A stretch of DNA of 64,000 bases from Octopus sinensis. Lineage: Eukaryota. This document shows, in pieces, positions 1 to 14,236 of this stretch (positions are counted from its first letter, which is position 1; each line of letters starts with the position of its first letter). The stretch covers positions 52,700,001 to 52,764,000 of the forward strand of contig NC_042997.1 in the NCBI RefSeq assembly GCF_006345805.1. The letters run 5' to 3'. A model generated the notes under the pieces. It was not told the origin of the DNA, made no database searches, and was given only the letters and a program-made list of their open reading frames with translations. Made by a program: the position numbers and the translations under genes.

Positions 1-104
1 AAAATACCCCGTTGATGTTGAAATTCCAGTGAAAGAGCCTTGGATCTAGGTTAGAAGTCGTTTCTTTCTCTATTGGCAAGAAATCTTGAAATAAAACTGA
101 ATAA

Positions 105-105
<1 letters not shown>
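1..105 (+). repeat. ~110-bp dispersed repeat ending at a (CA)n tract (copy 1, cut by window edge)
   Basis: Homologous to the reverse complement of 29035-29144 (shared TCTTTCTCTATTGGCAAGAAATCTTGAAATAAAACTGAATAAT). Followed by (CA)n at 106-165. Confidence 0.75.
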
Positions 106-153
<48 letters not shown>

Positions 154-1809
154 ACACACACACACGAGCAACTGTCGTACTGATGACGGCTATGGAGCCT
201 AAAAAATGTCAACGACTGTCCTCTTACCGCCAAACAACATATCTGTCCTTTTCCTTAATGGCATATCAACATATATGGAATTGTTGATTCTGGAGATTAT
301 CTCCCCATCTCAACTATCATTCAGTAACTGATGCATCCCCTAGTGGCAGAGATAATTTTAAATAAATTACGAGTATGTGTTGCATACTATTTGATATATT
401 ATACAACCATATATGTCTATGTTGTTCATAAATATATACCACGGCAAAATTAATACTATGAGTAAAGTTACCTCAATTCAAACAATTTACCAACCATACT
501 TTAAAAGCAATAACAAAAACCCTAAGATAAGAATGAAATACTAATTAAATCTAATCATTAAAAATTATAAACAAAGATATATTAACTCAAAGTGAGTGCA
601 AAAATACTATTACAGTCAACAGGCTGTGCTTATATTACATTGCCACCAAATTTTCACAATTAGTCTTGCAAGTTGTTAGCTGTGTGTAAAATTAAGGAAG
701 TTATTAAAAATTGCGTAATATATATATATATATATATTATATAAAAATAATTTAGTGGGTACCTATAATTGATTATTACCGGGAGCTAGGATAGTTTATC
801 CCTTAGTTCCGGAGTATTTATAACCGCTAACTCTCTTTACACTACATATATATAAATATAAACATATATTTAAAGAAGGCTGTGTAAGGTCGGAACTATG
901 CGAGACGGTAGAGCATAAACTACAAAAGGAAAAGAAAACAAAGGAAAATTGCAGTAGTGAACAGATTTGCTTTTACAACGCTTGCAGTGTCATATTTTTC
1001 CATCAGACACATCACCATGTGTAGTAAGACTCCATGGTGAATTACAATTTTCACTGGTGTACATATTCATAATAAGTCGATACCGTGCCAACCACTGGTG
1101 AATGTTGTCTACAGCTTTTCCTAAATTGAATGATAGTCCACGATTTCTGTAAGATTGATTCGTTCCTTTGCTTCTTTTACTACTTATCTCCCCTTTAATT
1201 TTCATTTACTTTCTTTATCTAACCAATACACACACACACACACATATATATAGATATATATAAGATATACATATACTATACGTAAATATGAAAAAATATA
1301 TTATATATATAATATATATATATATATATACATGTATACTCGCATATCTACATTCATACATGCACATAGATTGCTTACATATATAGTATGATGGTCTTGC
1401 CGTGACAATATGCTTATATTGTTAAAGCAAAAGCATGATTACGCGCGCATACACACACACGCGCATACACAGAAACACTCACATAAACACATAACATGTC
1501 CATACACATATTCATAGACATGTGTTAATACACATCTATGCAGACACCCGCGCGAGCAACCACAAATAACACTGCCTTACAGCATTAAAAACCATAATAA
1601 ATTCTTTGAAAAAAAATCAAAAATATTCGTGTAGAAATAATCGTTTGTATAACGTAACTATCTGGAAGATGGTTTGTGAGATGTCAAAGTCTATTACATT
1701 GTGAATATAATCAATAAGGAACATAGTTTTTGCTGTATTTATTGTTTTTTTGAAAATATAATTAATATGAAATAAAAGAGCTTCCAAGCTACTTTCATAT
1801 TGAACTTCC

Positions 1810-2093
1810 ACCATGTTATATCACCAACATTCTCATTCTCATCATTATCGCCATTATATCATTTCTCATGATCATCATTCGTGTCATCGTCAGTCTCATT
1901 ATCATCACCACTGGTCCTCTCCGCCTCCTCTCCTCCTCTTCCTCCCCTCCTGCACCCCTTCCTTCTCAACTCCTCCTCTACTCATCCCCCCTCCTCCACC
2001 TCTCCTCCACTTCTCCCCTTTTCTTTTTATTCCCCTCTATCCCCACTTCATCATCACCATCACCATCACCATCACCATCACCATCACCATCAC

Positions 2094-2131
<38 letters not shown>

Positions 2132-2560
2132 CCATTGTCGCCGTCATCATCATCATCATTGTCATCGTCGATGTCGTCCTTTGCTATGTCACATCATCGT
2201 TGTCATCTTCCACACCATCCTCTTTCCCTCCTCACCATCGTTCGTTCTGTCATCATTTCCCACTCCTTCTCCTCTTCCATGATTACCATCACCATCACCA
2301 TCACCATCGTTAATCGGTGCCATCCTCTCCCGGCTCCCTATCATATAAAAAAAACAAAACATCATCATCGTCAACGTCGATGCCTCCATCTTCGCCATCT
2401 CCTTTTCATCATCATCATCATCATCGTCATCATCATTACCATGATTATCATTATCGTCATCACCGTCGTTACCATTATCCATCTTCCTTGCAAAACCACA
2501 AACACCATAATCACAATAGAACAAGCAGCAAAGATGTCATTTTTCAGGATAATGATCCAT
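1810..2560. repeat. Degenerate trinucleotide low-complexity tract (CAT/CAC/CGT/CCT)
   Basis: Runs of CATCAT, CACCAT and CCTCCT. Translations are poly-H/S/I in all frames. Confidence 0.9.
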
Positions 2561-3067
2561 AGTAACATCGAGAGTTGCAAATAAACAGGAAAGTCATTGC
2601 CAGCTTTTTTTTCTTTCAGCTTTTCATTTTTTTTTCTCTCTCTTTCTTTCTCCTCATATCTTCATCTCTCTCTCTTCCTCCCTCCCCTTTTATTCCCCTC
2701 TCTCCCCCCTCTCAATCTATCTATCTCTCCCCATATGTACATGTATAAATGCGTTTCGAGCTGCATGTATGCAAGCATTGTTAACCATATTCAAGCTAAT
2801 ATATATCCCCTATCTCCAAATGAAATGAAATCATAAAAAAAAATATTCATGTGTACTTACTGTATAAAGTGTTATAAAAGACACTGATGTATGCATCCAT
2901 GTGCAACAGATATGTAGATTTATGCGTCACACATAGAGGCAGCCATATTTACACGCGTATACGTATAGTTGTAGGCAACATACGAGTGCGTATACGCAGA
3001 CATATAGAACAGATAATAGGATAATTAAACACGTGTGTGGGTTGTGTCTCTGGTGTGTTTGTGTGCC

Positions 3068-3100
<33 letters not shown>

Positions 3101-3191
3101 TATATATAATATACGTGTGTATATGTATATAATATTTCTGTATATGCATATATGTGTATGTGCATATATGTATTATTATATGTATAAATAC

Positions 3192-3240
<49 letters not shown>

Positions 3241-3906
3241 CATACATATATATATGTACATACATACATATGTTAACAATATTAACACAAAGAAACTCAC
3301 ACCACCAGAATGTATCATTAGATCGCTGCTTGTTATGTATAGTCGATTGTTGCACCCCCTTTCATTCACATCCGCTTACACATACATATATCCAATTCAT
3401 CATCTTTATGACGGCGTCAGAAAGAAGAAGATGAGAGGCATTTTTATTTTATTTTATTTCATTTTGTTATTACTCATACTGCAACTTTGCTTTTATCTTT
3501 GAGACTTCAAACACTATTCGCCTTTGTCATCTCTGTCAATTACAGCCATAATTTTTTCCCCTTAAACTAGATTAAATAGAATATAATTGGCTAATATTTC
3601 AGACGAAGTAACGCTCGAAAAAGAGAGAAAAGAAAAGAAGAGAGAGAGAGAAAAAAAAAAGACTTTAAATACAGAAAGCGAAAAAGATAATTGTAATGTA
3701 TAATATTGAATTGCAATGCGCTTGAATGTATGTGTTTGTGTGTGTGTGCTTGTGTGTTCGTGCTTGTGTGTGTGTGAATGTGTTTGTATGTATGTGCGTT
3801 CGAACGCTTTTTGTGTATGTATTTGTGTAGATGGAGTGACACATGTGTTTATGTGTTTATTTATGACTGTATGTATACGTATGTGTATGGTATGCATGTA
3901 TATAGA

Positions 3907-3909
<3 letters not shown>

Positions 3910-3944
<35 letters not shown>

Positions 3945-3949
3945 GTGTA

Positions 3950-4012
<63 letters not shown>

Positions 4013-4033
4013 TTATTTATCTAGCTATCTAGC

Positions 4034-4090
<57 letters not shown>
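3910..4090. repeat. Compound microsatellite (TA)n(TATC)n(TG)n
   Basis: Seen directly. Confidence 0.95.
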
Positions 4091-4092
<2 letters not shown>

Positions 4093-4742
4093 CTGTATAT
4101 ATTATAGCATATATATGTAAGCACGTACGTACGTATGTATGTATGTATGTATTCATGTATGTAATATACATATGCATGTATGTGTATATAAAACCATATA
4201 TTTACGTTAAATTTTACAAGCACATATATATTCGCAAAGCAAATATATATTTCGGTCTACTTCTGTAGTCATACATTCTTACTGCACACACACACACACA
4301 TACACACACACACATACACACAAGCATATACACATACATCGTACATTCATACTTACATACATGCAGTATTTTCATATATTTCTTTATCAACATCACTTTA
4401 AAGATATTTTTTTACATATTATATATATTATATATATATAATATATATATATATATACATTTTCACCCCACTCTTTGTTTCTCTATCCATCTCTCTAGCT
4501 CTTTACAAACACACACATACACATGCACATCGTACTTTTAAATGTTTCTGGCTACACACACACACACATAGAGAGAGAGAAAGAGAGAGAAAGAGAGAGA
4601 CATATATTCATACATCGATTATGTATCCAAGTATATATTCAGTAACAATTGTATTCATTGTAGACGTACAGAAGGGAATGTTCTTGTGTTGCTTTTCACA
4701 GAATATCTTTTATCAAAGCATTTTGGTTTTAAATACAAACTT

Positions 4743-4818
<76 letters not shown>

Positions 4819-6234
4819 TCTTAATCCACCACATTACATTAGCATTTCATTCCTTCTCATATTTTAATAGCCACTTTTTCAGAATTCACAGCGATATTAT
4901 AAAGCAGGCGTTTCCTAATATCGTTATCTCTATTTTTGAAGTTTTATTTTTCATACTGATCGTCAAAATGCAGTGTCTTCCTTTTTAAGACGAAATCGAT
5001 GTCTTTCAGGAATGTTGGGCAGTAAAAGTAAATTGTTTAGAAGCTAACCCAGTTCTTTAACCAGTATATTTAATGGAGTCATTTAAAATATATTTGATAA
5101 AATAGTGATCATTTTCTATTGATTTGTTTGCAATAACAAAGTTGAAAGATTTTTCGAAGAGACTGAAAAAGCATGGAAAATAATCTGATGATATTTTCGA
5201 AATTATGTTTGCATGATATGGCTTGTTAGATTTTCTGTCATTTTTATTTTATTAAGTTAACACCATAACTCATAGTGTTCATTGGAAGTTGTTTTTTGAA
5301 AGTGGATACTTCACAAGAGTTGGAAAATATGTCAAGATATGAAATTGTAATGATAAATAGGGGACAATTAGACATTTTCAGAATACGAGAAGAAAGATGC
5401 TTTGATCTAAAAGCAAAGAAGAAAGTCTGCATTGAGGTACACCATATTTCGTCTTTGTATTTTACGCTCAAATAGTTTGTATATTTCTTTCATACTAGTT
5501 TTTACCTGCTTTCAAGCATGTTAATAATGTAAAAAAAAAAAAAGAAAGAAAAGAAAAAATACTTGAAGATCGAACGAATATCTCATAGGTTGTCTTTTCC
5601 ATGCAGATTTCAAGACTATCCAATGAGTAGGGTGGTAGATTTAAGCAAACATCCGCCACTTCCATCACAGAAGACTTTTGTTGTGCGTTTCAACGGAAGT
5701 TCTTTGATGTGATAATGTGCTAGTATTTAACAACAGAAGGAATGAAAATACCATTTGTCACTAGAAAAAGAACTACATCACTGTTTCTGCTCCAACTTTA
5801 AAATTCTCTCTTTCCACTGATATCAGGATTACTAAACTGTTATTAAAAGCGTTAATTCTTAGTGTTACTAAAACTTTGTGCGTGAGATATGATTTCCTCT
5901 TCAGTGTAAAAAATATTTTCGAACGAAATATCTGTAACATTTTTAGATTGTTCCAAAACATGAGACTAGAATAAAAAGCTTTTAATTCTTGTTATAATTT
6001 CAATGCCTTTTGAAATGGACCATCCACCTAATCGATAAAAATTTCCTTATTGTAAAACTTAAATTTCTTTTTTCTTGTCATACTGAGTAATTTTTCTCTC
6101 AACTACTCACGATATAAAGCCCTTTTACTTTCAGTCACTGATGCTCCGATTTCTCCTTACATTCAATCAAAGTCACCAATGGAAATTTACTCATCCTTCA
6201 TCATATTTTCTCGTAACATTAGCAGCTTTAAAAT

Positions 6235-6306
6235 TCCTCGGTAGTATAGTGGTAAATATCCCCGCCTGTCATGCGGGAGATTGGGGTCCTATTCCCCGCC
6301 GGGGAG
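6235..6306 (+). tRNA. tRNA-Asp(GTC), degenerate T-loop, probable pseudogene
   Basis: The 72-nt sequence TCCTCGGTAGTATAGTGGTAAATATCCCCGCCTGTCATGCGGGAGATTGGGGTCCTATTCCCCGCCGGGGAG folds as a cloverleaf. The acceptor stem is TCCTCGG/CCGGGGA and the anticodon arm is CCCGC-CTGTCAT-GCGGG. The T-loop reads TCCTATT instead of TTCRATT. A TTTT lies a few bases downstream. Confidence 0.85.
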
Positions 6307-7029
6307 GCTTGTATTTTAGTAAAGAAACATAAAATCATCACTTTCTCCTCATCAATAATATTCACACGCTATCTTTTGATGGTCATGTTGGTATTATTGG
6401 TGTGTGTGTGTGAGTGTGTCAGAGAAATGAAAAGAGGAAGAGAAAGAGAGAGGTGGCACCATTGCCAATGAAAACAGCCATTCTTCTTAGGACACTTCGA
6501 TCGTAAACAAACTAACTTTTCATTATATTGTAAAGCATCTTCTGTATTAGCAATTTTTTCTCATTTGCCTTACATTGCATTTAATTTATGTACTAAAACT
6601 AGAAAGACATAAAGATATATATAATGGTTTGGGCATTTATGCACGCATGTTTGTATGTATTCACTTATGTACGTATGCATATATAAAAATAATGTTTAAC
6701 TTCTGTGACCTGGAATGTTCAAAACCGACACAACTGGAACAATAGGCGTCCAAATTGTTCAAAGCAAAAAAATCAAAAAACAAAAAAAAAACGGATTCTG
6801 CTGCTAAGAAGTGTTGAGTTCGCAAAGTAAGCTTGAACATTACACCAAGCGACGCACCATCCCAAACGTACCTTATACGTGGGAGAGAATCTGTAGTCCG
6901 TATAGGCCTCATCAACTTCCAGATCCACCAGAGATTCTCGGTCATTTTTATCAACGATGAACAAACATCGTCATAATATACATACACATACATATACTTG
7001 CAAGAATACATACATGACGGAAGTACACC

Positions 7030-7520
7030 TTAGACATTGCTAGAACCGTCTTCCCAAACTGGGTCTTCTCTTTCAGAACCAGAAAATATTCCAGACCCCA
7101 ATAGTTACTGACACTGTATAAGGCTCAAGTGATGCTTGCCATGAAGGATTGTTCCCACGTCTGGAATGGTGCTGCTACTTATGCATATGAGACATTCTGG
7201 ACCGCATTTATATTGATGCCAAATCACCCGATTGAACGGCATCAACAGATACGCTCCAGCCGTTAGCTCACAACCGTATTATCTCTTCTCGATCGTTTCT
7301 ATCGCTGCTATAATGGCAAAGCTGTCTGTCTACTCCGGAACCTCGGCTCATTCGTCTCTTCATCGTTAAACCATTTTCGTTGCGTTCAAATCCCTCGTCT
7401 TACATTAGTCCTTCCTCCCAAGAACATCGATCTTCTGTCATATTCTCTCCACTCACATCTTTCTTTTCTGCAAGTGTTTTCAGATGATCTACATAAGAAA
7501 GTCATAAGCACAGATCCTTC
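7030..7520 (+). mobile_element. Decayed LINE 3' region (CR1/L2/Jockey group, post-RT part)
   Basis: 7114-7176 translates LYKAQVMLAMKDCSHVWNGAA (cf. LYKAQVRPxMEYCSHVW). ~7412 translates FLPRTSIFCHIL (cf. FFPRTSxLWNxLP). Stops and frameshifts lie between. Confidence 0.65.
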
Positions 7521-7804
7521 CGTCAGACTTAACTGGAAAAGCATAGACACACATATCCACACACGTTCGACATGCTTCTTTACAGCCGCACAGTTTCTCT
7601 CTAGCAAATTCACTTATAAGGAATTTGTTGGCTCTGGCTATAGTGCAAAGTTGTTCAAGGGCCGAACACAAGAGCACGAGTTTAGGAAGAACAGTTTTAA
7701 TCACATACCTATACTCATACACGCGCGCACTCACACACATTTGTGCTTCTTTTGTTTTATGACTGTTGCCCAACCGTCTCTCTCTCGTTTCACTTTCTTT
7801 CATT

Positions 7805-8224
<420 letters not shown>

Positions 8225-9074
8225 CATATATATATATTTACATATATATATTATGTACACACAATTATATGCGCCTATACACATACATACATACATACAT
8301 ACATACATACTACATACATACATACGTATGGTATGTATGTCTTGAAATGTGTGTGTGCGCGTGCGTATTTTTATCAAAGCCATCAAATCGTGTGTTAGCG
8401 TAGAAGAGTGATGCAGGCATACTAGCACTTTCTAACAAATACTATGCCTACAGATAAACTCGTTCACATACTCAAATATAACCTTCCACATAAAGACACA
8501 CGCAGCGTCTGAATAGCCGACAGAAAGACTGCAGAACTATTTAATCTGTCAAGTGCTTTGACTTCAGTCTTACGATTGATTTTGTGTAAGAGCTGTATAC
8601 GTATATGCTTGCATTTCTACGATTGTGAATACGTCTGTCACTAAATATATGTATGTGTGTATGGTTGACTGTAAGGCTGTGAGTATGTGCGTATGTGTGC
8701 ATGCATCTGTATGTTTGTGCATACAGTTTTAGAGAGTGGTTATATGGTGTGGTTTAGAGAGTGGTTATATGATGCTGTGTGAATGAGAGAGAGAGAGAGA
8801 GAGAGAGTGCATATATCGTGTGCTGGCGGGGAAGCATAGTTTAGTGAATATGCTATTTACCATAGCTCTTCGTTGTTACTTTCGTTGTCGAAATTCATTC
8901 ATTATTGAAATCTTTGTTTACAGAAGCACTTAGCATGAGTACATCAATGTACAGACGGTTGTATATACATATATATATATATATATATCTTCATTGACTC
9001 GCGTATTTATCATTGAGGACAGTTTCTAAATACGTTTGTTTACAAGAAAACTTCGGTTGTTCAAATATACTTAG

Positions 9075-9117
<43 letters not shown>

Positions 9118-9282
9118 CATACTTGAGTGTCCTACCAATCGACTGAAAGATAGGTTGTTTTGTCGGCATTGTCAGTATGCACAAATATATGCGTATTAAT
9201 TGTACGCTTGCATTTACACACACACACACAAATACACACACCCACACGCGCACATACACACATACATACATACATACATACA

Positions 9283-9314
<32 letters not shown>

Positions 9315-9427
9315 CACTTACACATACACACATATATTTCGAGTGTCTTTATGTTTGTGTAGATGTATGAATGTACGTGTGGGCCAAATAATAGCGTCAC
9401 CTGTACTAAGATCCGTTGAGAAAAATA

Positions 9428-9605
<178 letters not shown>

Positions 9606-10222
9606 GATAAATAGACAACTATTTCTGTGTTTGCTTAATTGTAGCAATTCGAGAGTAATTTTGAATATACAAGTTCACCTACACCGTACTCACACATATA
9701 CACTTCTCAACGCAAAGCTAAGAATGTGTTTATAACGAAACAAATTTTCGAATGATGGTTTGATAAGTTTGTTAGATCTCTAGTTTATTGTTCAAATAGA
9801 TGTTTAAGACTGTATTGCATATTTAGGAAAAGCATTTCGCTGTTCTGTCAAATCGATGGCTGACAAATTATTGTGCTTTATATAATTTGAATCTTAATGT
9901 TGGGATCAAAATATGGATTCTGTTATTGATCATCAAATGACAACTTGCATACCATGGCTTATATTGATGTCTCTGTCTGTCTCTGTTTGTCTGTCTGTCT
10001 GTCTGTCTGCCTCCCTCCTTCCTCTCTCTCCCCCTCTCTCTCCCCTCCACTGTTTCTCTGTTTCTCTTTGCTTTCCTTTCTAAATGTTTCTCTATACTTG
10101 CAATGTTCCTATTTTTTATTTAATGTACACGTGTTTTATTTAATGTGCACGTGTTCATGTGTGTTTCTCTCTGTGTGTCTCTTTTTCTCTCCTCTGTATG
10201 TGTGAGTGTACAGACAGACAGA

Positions 10223-10262
<40 letters not shown>

Positions 10263-11420
10263 CACACACTCACATTAATAAAAAGTGAAATTCTCTCCGT
10301 CTGTCTGGGTCCTCCTGTAACTTAGTTTACATTTGCTCTACATAGACATACTATATCTCTTTGGAATCGAGATGATCCTGGGATTGAAAATCTGCCCTTC
10401 ATTTGGTTCTTGAACATCCAGCATTGGGATCTGATTTAAAAGCATTTGGATAAAATACGTATATGAAAGGTCGCCCAGTAATTGATGCAGTTGTGTGGAT
10501 TCTCTTTGCTGGTCGCGAACAGTATTGTACTGTATTGCGAGTTTGGTTTCTCGAAATTTAGAGCGATTTCGTTTTGATCCAAGTTCCGGTCGCGTACATT
10601 TTTCAGTATTTCTCATTAAGAAGACATATTCTCTGGCATAGACATTGAGACTTGCGTGTGGATTGAAGCTTATGTGTAGAAGGCGAAATAGGTGTAAGGG
10701 AAGAAGAATAAGGACAGTGTCTGTATGATGAAAAATGATACTGAGTACGCACTTCATGTAGACCACAATGCTGTAGAGAAGTAGAGTCTTGGGAGATAAA
10801 ATAGCATTAAAGAACATGCATCTTGATTTTAGAAGGGTGGGAAAGAATGTAGAGAACATATACGATAGGGGAACATTGTAGTTCAAGTGATCTGTTATGA
10901 TAAAGACTACAGACAAGACGAGATACTTGGCAGAAGATTCTCATATTATGTACTGTAAAATGTTTTTTCTAATGCTAAAGGCAATCTCTTGACTTGTGAA
11001 TTTCTCAAGTTCCAGAAGCAATTGCTGTAGACGAAAGAAAGTCTCCTATGTATTAAACTCAACAGAAAACATACCAGAGACATTGAAAGAGATTCTAAAT
11101 GGTAAAAATGCTGGAACCTATTAACATTTGACATAACTGGTGCGAGAATGATAGGCCGCTAATATAAATGTGCATTAAAATAGCTTTTAAGACGGCTGAC
11201 ATCTTCTCATTGCGTCGCGCACGCACACACACACGCGCACACACGCACACACACAAAAGCGCGCACGCATTTATTTATATCAGGTCATCCCATAAGTTCT
11301 GTCCGATTTTACCTTTTTTTAAACTGAATGAAATTTAATAGTATTTTAGAATGTCTAATGGGATTTAAAATTATTTTTATGCATTTGTGTACATTTAAAT
11401 CAATTAAATATTATTTTAAC

Positions 11421-13071
11421 ACTGCAGATATAAAATCAGAGGCGGCGACGATAGATTACATCGATATAAAGGAAGAAGATGTAACCAAGGCTATAGATGA
11501 AATGAAAACAGACTCAGCTACTGGCCCCGATGGATTCCCGGCAATCCTCCTAAAAGCATGTAAGAGAGTCCTAGCAAGACCACTGCAGTTCCTCTTTCAG
11601 AGCTTCCTTGCAGCTGGCAAACTTCCAGGAAAACTGAAGGAAGGTAAAATATGCCCCATTCATAAAGGAGGTAGCAGAGCGGAAGCCAAGAACTATAGAC
11701 CTATCTCTCTGACCTCACACATCAGCAAGGTCATGGAACGAATAGTCAGAAGGAAGCTGATCACCTTCCTTGAAGAGAATGACTTGCTGCCCGACACCCA
11801 ACATGGTTTCCGACCAGGGAGAAGCTGTTTAACTCAGCTCCTACAACACTATGACTGGGTGCTGAAACGGCTGCTCAACCACTCAAATGTGGAAGTGATA
11901 TATCTCGACTTTGCAAAGGCCTTTGATAAAGTCGATCATGGAATGATATGTCACAAACTGCGTGATCTCAACATAGTTGGAAAACTGGGAGAATGACTTT
12001 CTGAAGGATAGAAGTCAGGTGGTAGTAGCCAATGGGGCCACCTCCATTAACACACAAATAGTGAGCGGTGTTCCGCAGGGCACTGTTCTGGGACCACTAC
12101 TGTTCATAATGGCCCTCTCAGACATGCCCTCAGCCACGCAGAGAGCCACGATCACAAGTTATGCAGATGATACAAAAGTTTCACAGGCAATACAGAACCC
12201 TGAGGACACTAAACACCTGCAATGTGAGCTGGACGAAATATACAAGTGGGCTGAAAAGAATAGCATGCAGTTCAATGCTGGAAAGTTTCAAGCTTTATAC
12301 TATCAGCATGCAAAACTGAATGCAATACCCAATGAATACACTGGACCCGGAGGGATTGCAATCCCAGAGGCACAATCAGTGCGTGACCTGGGTATTCACA
12401 TGAGTGATGACGCGACCTTTCATGTACATGTTGCTAAACTGACACTGAAATGTAGACGGCTGGCTGGATGGATTCTTAGAACCTTTAGAACAAGAGAACA
12501 AGAAACCATGATGGTCCTCTGGAAGACACTTGTCCTAAGCCACTTTGACTATTGCTCTCAGCTATGGTCACCATCTAGTGTCAAGTTGATCACAGAACTT
12601 GAGGCGACCCAACGAAGCTACACAAAGAAGATAGCCTCTATGCAGAATGTAAGCTACTGGGAAAGACTCAAGAGATTAAAATTATATTCCCTGGAGCGTA
12701 GGCGGGAAAGATATGCCATAATATACATCTGGAAGATCCTGGAGGGAAGTGTCCTGAACTTTGGCATCGAGAGTTACGCAAATGCCAGAACTGGGCGCCA
12801 CTGCGTGGTGCCTAGGACTCCAAACCTGCCATCAAGATGTAGGACAAGATTCTGTGATAGCCTGGGCTTCCGAGGCCCACAGCTCTTCAATATCCTCCCG
12901 AAGAACCTGAGAGACCTGCATGGGGTGGATACAGATGTCTTTAAAATGAAGCTGGATCTCTTCCTGTCAGGTGTCCCAGATGAACCAACTTCACGGCAGG
13001 AGGGGCAGATGAGGGCAGCTGCATCGAACTCTCTCATGCACCAAATAGCAGTTGCTAGAAAGCCTCCATGA
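11421..13071 (+). pseudogene. Reverse transcriptase ORF2 fragment, one frameshift near 11995
   Basis: ORFs 11328-11996 and 11977-13071 join at GKLGE/NDFLKDR, where the usual Trp-containing residues are missing (short deletion). Confidence 0.9.
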
Positions 13072-13160
13072 AGTGAAACCAAGTAGCAACACCAAATGGC
13101 GGTGCCCCAGCATGGCCACAGCTCATAAGCTGAAACTAGAATCAATCAATCAATCAATCA
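11421..13160 (+). mobile_element. 5'-truncated CR1-group non-LTR retrotransposon with (AATC)n tail
   Basis: RT motifs are GPDG, NYRPISLTS, QHGFRPGRSC, YLDFAKAFDKV, SGVPQGTVLGPLLF and YADDTK, followed by LERRRER. The 3' UTR ends in (ATCA)n at ~13139-13160. Confidence 0.93.
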
Positions 13161-13199
13161 TATAGAATTAAAATTTCTTTGATTAAAATCCTTTCTAAC

Positions 13200-14236
13200 A
13201 TGGAAGTATCCAAAGAGCATTTAAGGCACATAATGCTTTATGAGTACAAAAAAGGAAACTCTGCAGTCGAAGCGATTCGAAACATACACTCAATTTATGG
13301 GAAAAATGCTTGAATGAAAAAACTTGCAAAAGATGGTTTGCAAAATTCAGAAGTGGAGATTTCAGCCTCGAAGATGAAGATCGAACAGGACGTCCAGTTG
13401 AGTTTGATGATAAGCTCATTGAGGTATTACTTGAAGAAAATCCCGCATTATCAGTTGAAGAATTGGCAATAAAGCTTAGTCCAAACCATACAACTGTTCA
13501 TTGTCATCTTCAACAACATAGAAAGGTTCCTAAGCTTGGAAAATGGGTGCCTCATGAATTGTCCGAAAGCAACCGCAAATCCCGAGTTGACATCTGCTCT
13601 TCTCTCCATAGTCACGAACTCATTTCAACCTTTTTGGATAGACTTATGATTGATGACGGAAAATAGATCTTCTATCGGAATTTTAAAGGTCGTAAACAGT
13701 GGCTTGGTAAAAAGGAAAAAAAAAACTCAACCACAACCGAGAAAGGAACTTCATGGAAAAAAGGTTCTTCTCTCTATTTGGTGGGATTGCAAAGGAGTAA
13801 TTCACTTTGAATTGTTACCACCTAATGCAACAATCAATGCTCAAGTCTACTCACAGCAACTGGAGCGCTTGAACCAAGCTTTGAAGGAAAAAAGACCCGC
13901 TTTAGTGAGTCGAAAAGGAGTGATGTTTCATCAAGATAATGTGCAACCCCACACTGCAAAAATCTCATCACAGAAGATCGAAAAGCCTAGTTGGGAAAAA
14001 ATTTCCTCATCCACCTTATTCTCCCGACCTTGCTCCTTCAGAGTACCATTTGTTTCGTAGTTTACAGAATCATTTGGGGGATATAACTTTCGCAAGCCAG
14101 GGGGAGGAGGTCGAAACTGACATTTGAGAGTTCTTCGCTTTGAAACCAAAAGAGTTTTACATTGATGGGATTAAAAGAACTTGTAAATAGATGGAAGGAA
14201 GTTATAGATAATCAGGGAAAGTACATTGATGATTAA
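13200..14236 (+). pseudogene. Mariner transposase pseudogene
   Basis: Translation includes MEVSKEHLRHIMLYEY, WFAKFRSGDFSLEDEDRTGRP, WVPHELS, HQDN and YSPDLAPSEYHLF. There are several frameshifts and stops, and the TGDEKW motif and third catalytic D are altered. Confidence 0.92.

Noticed and set aside
1813-2584. Overlapping 110-240 aa ORFs (poly-His/Ser/Ile)
   Set aside because: These are translations of stop-free CAT/CAC/CCT repeats, open in several frames and on both strands.
5180-5210. CTGATGA...GAAA motif
   Set aside because: No stem II or stem III is possible. This is expected by chance in AT-rich DNA.
5382-5436. 55-nt AG..GT micro-exon candidate (IREERCFDLKAKKKVCIE)
   Set aside because: Splice dinucleotides are the only support, with no homology or neighbouring exons.
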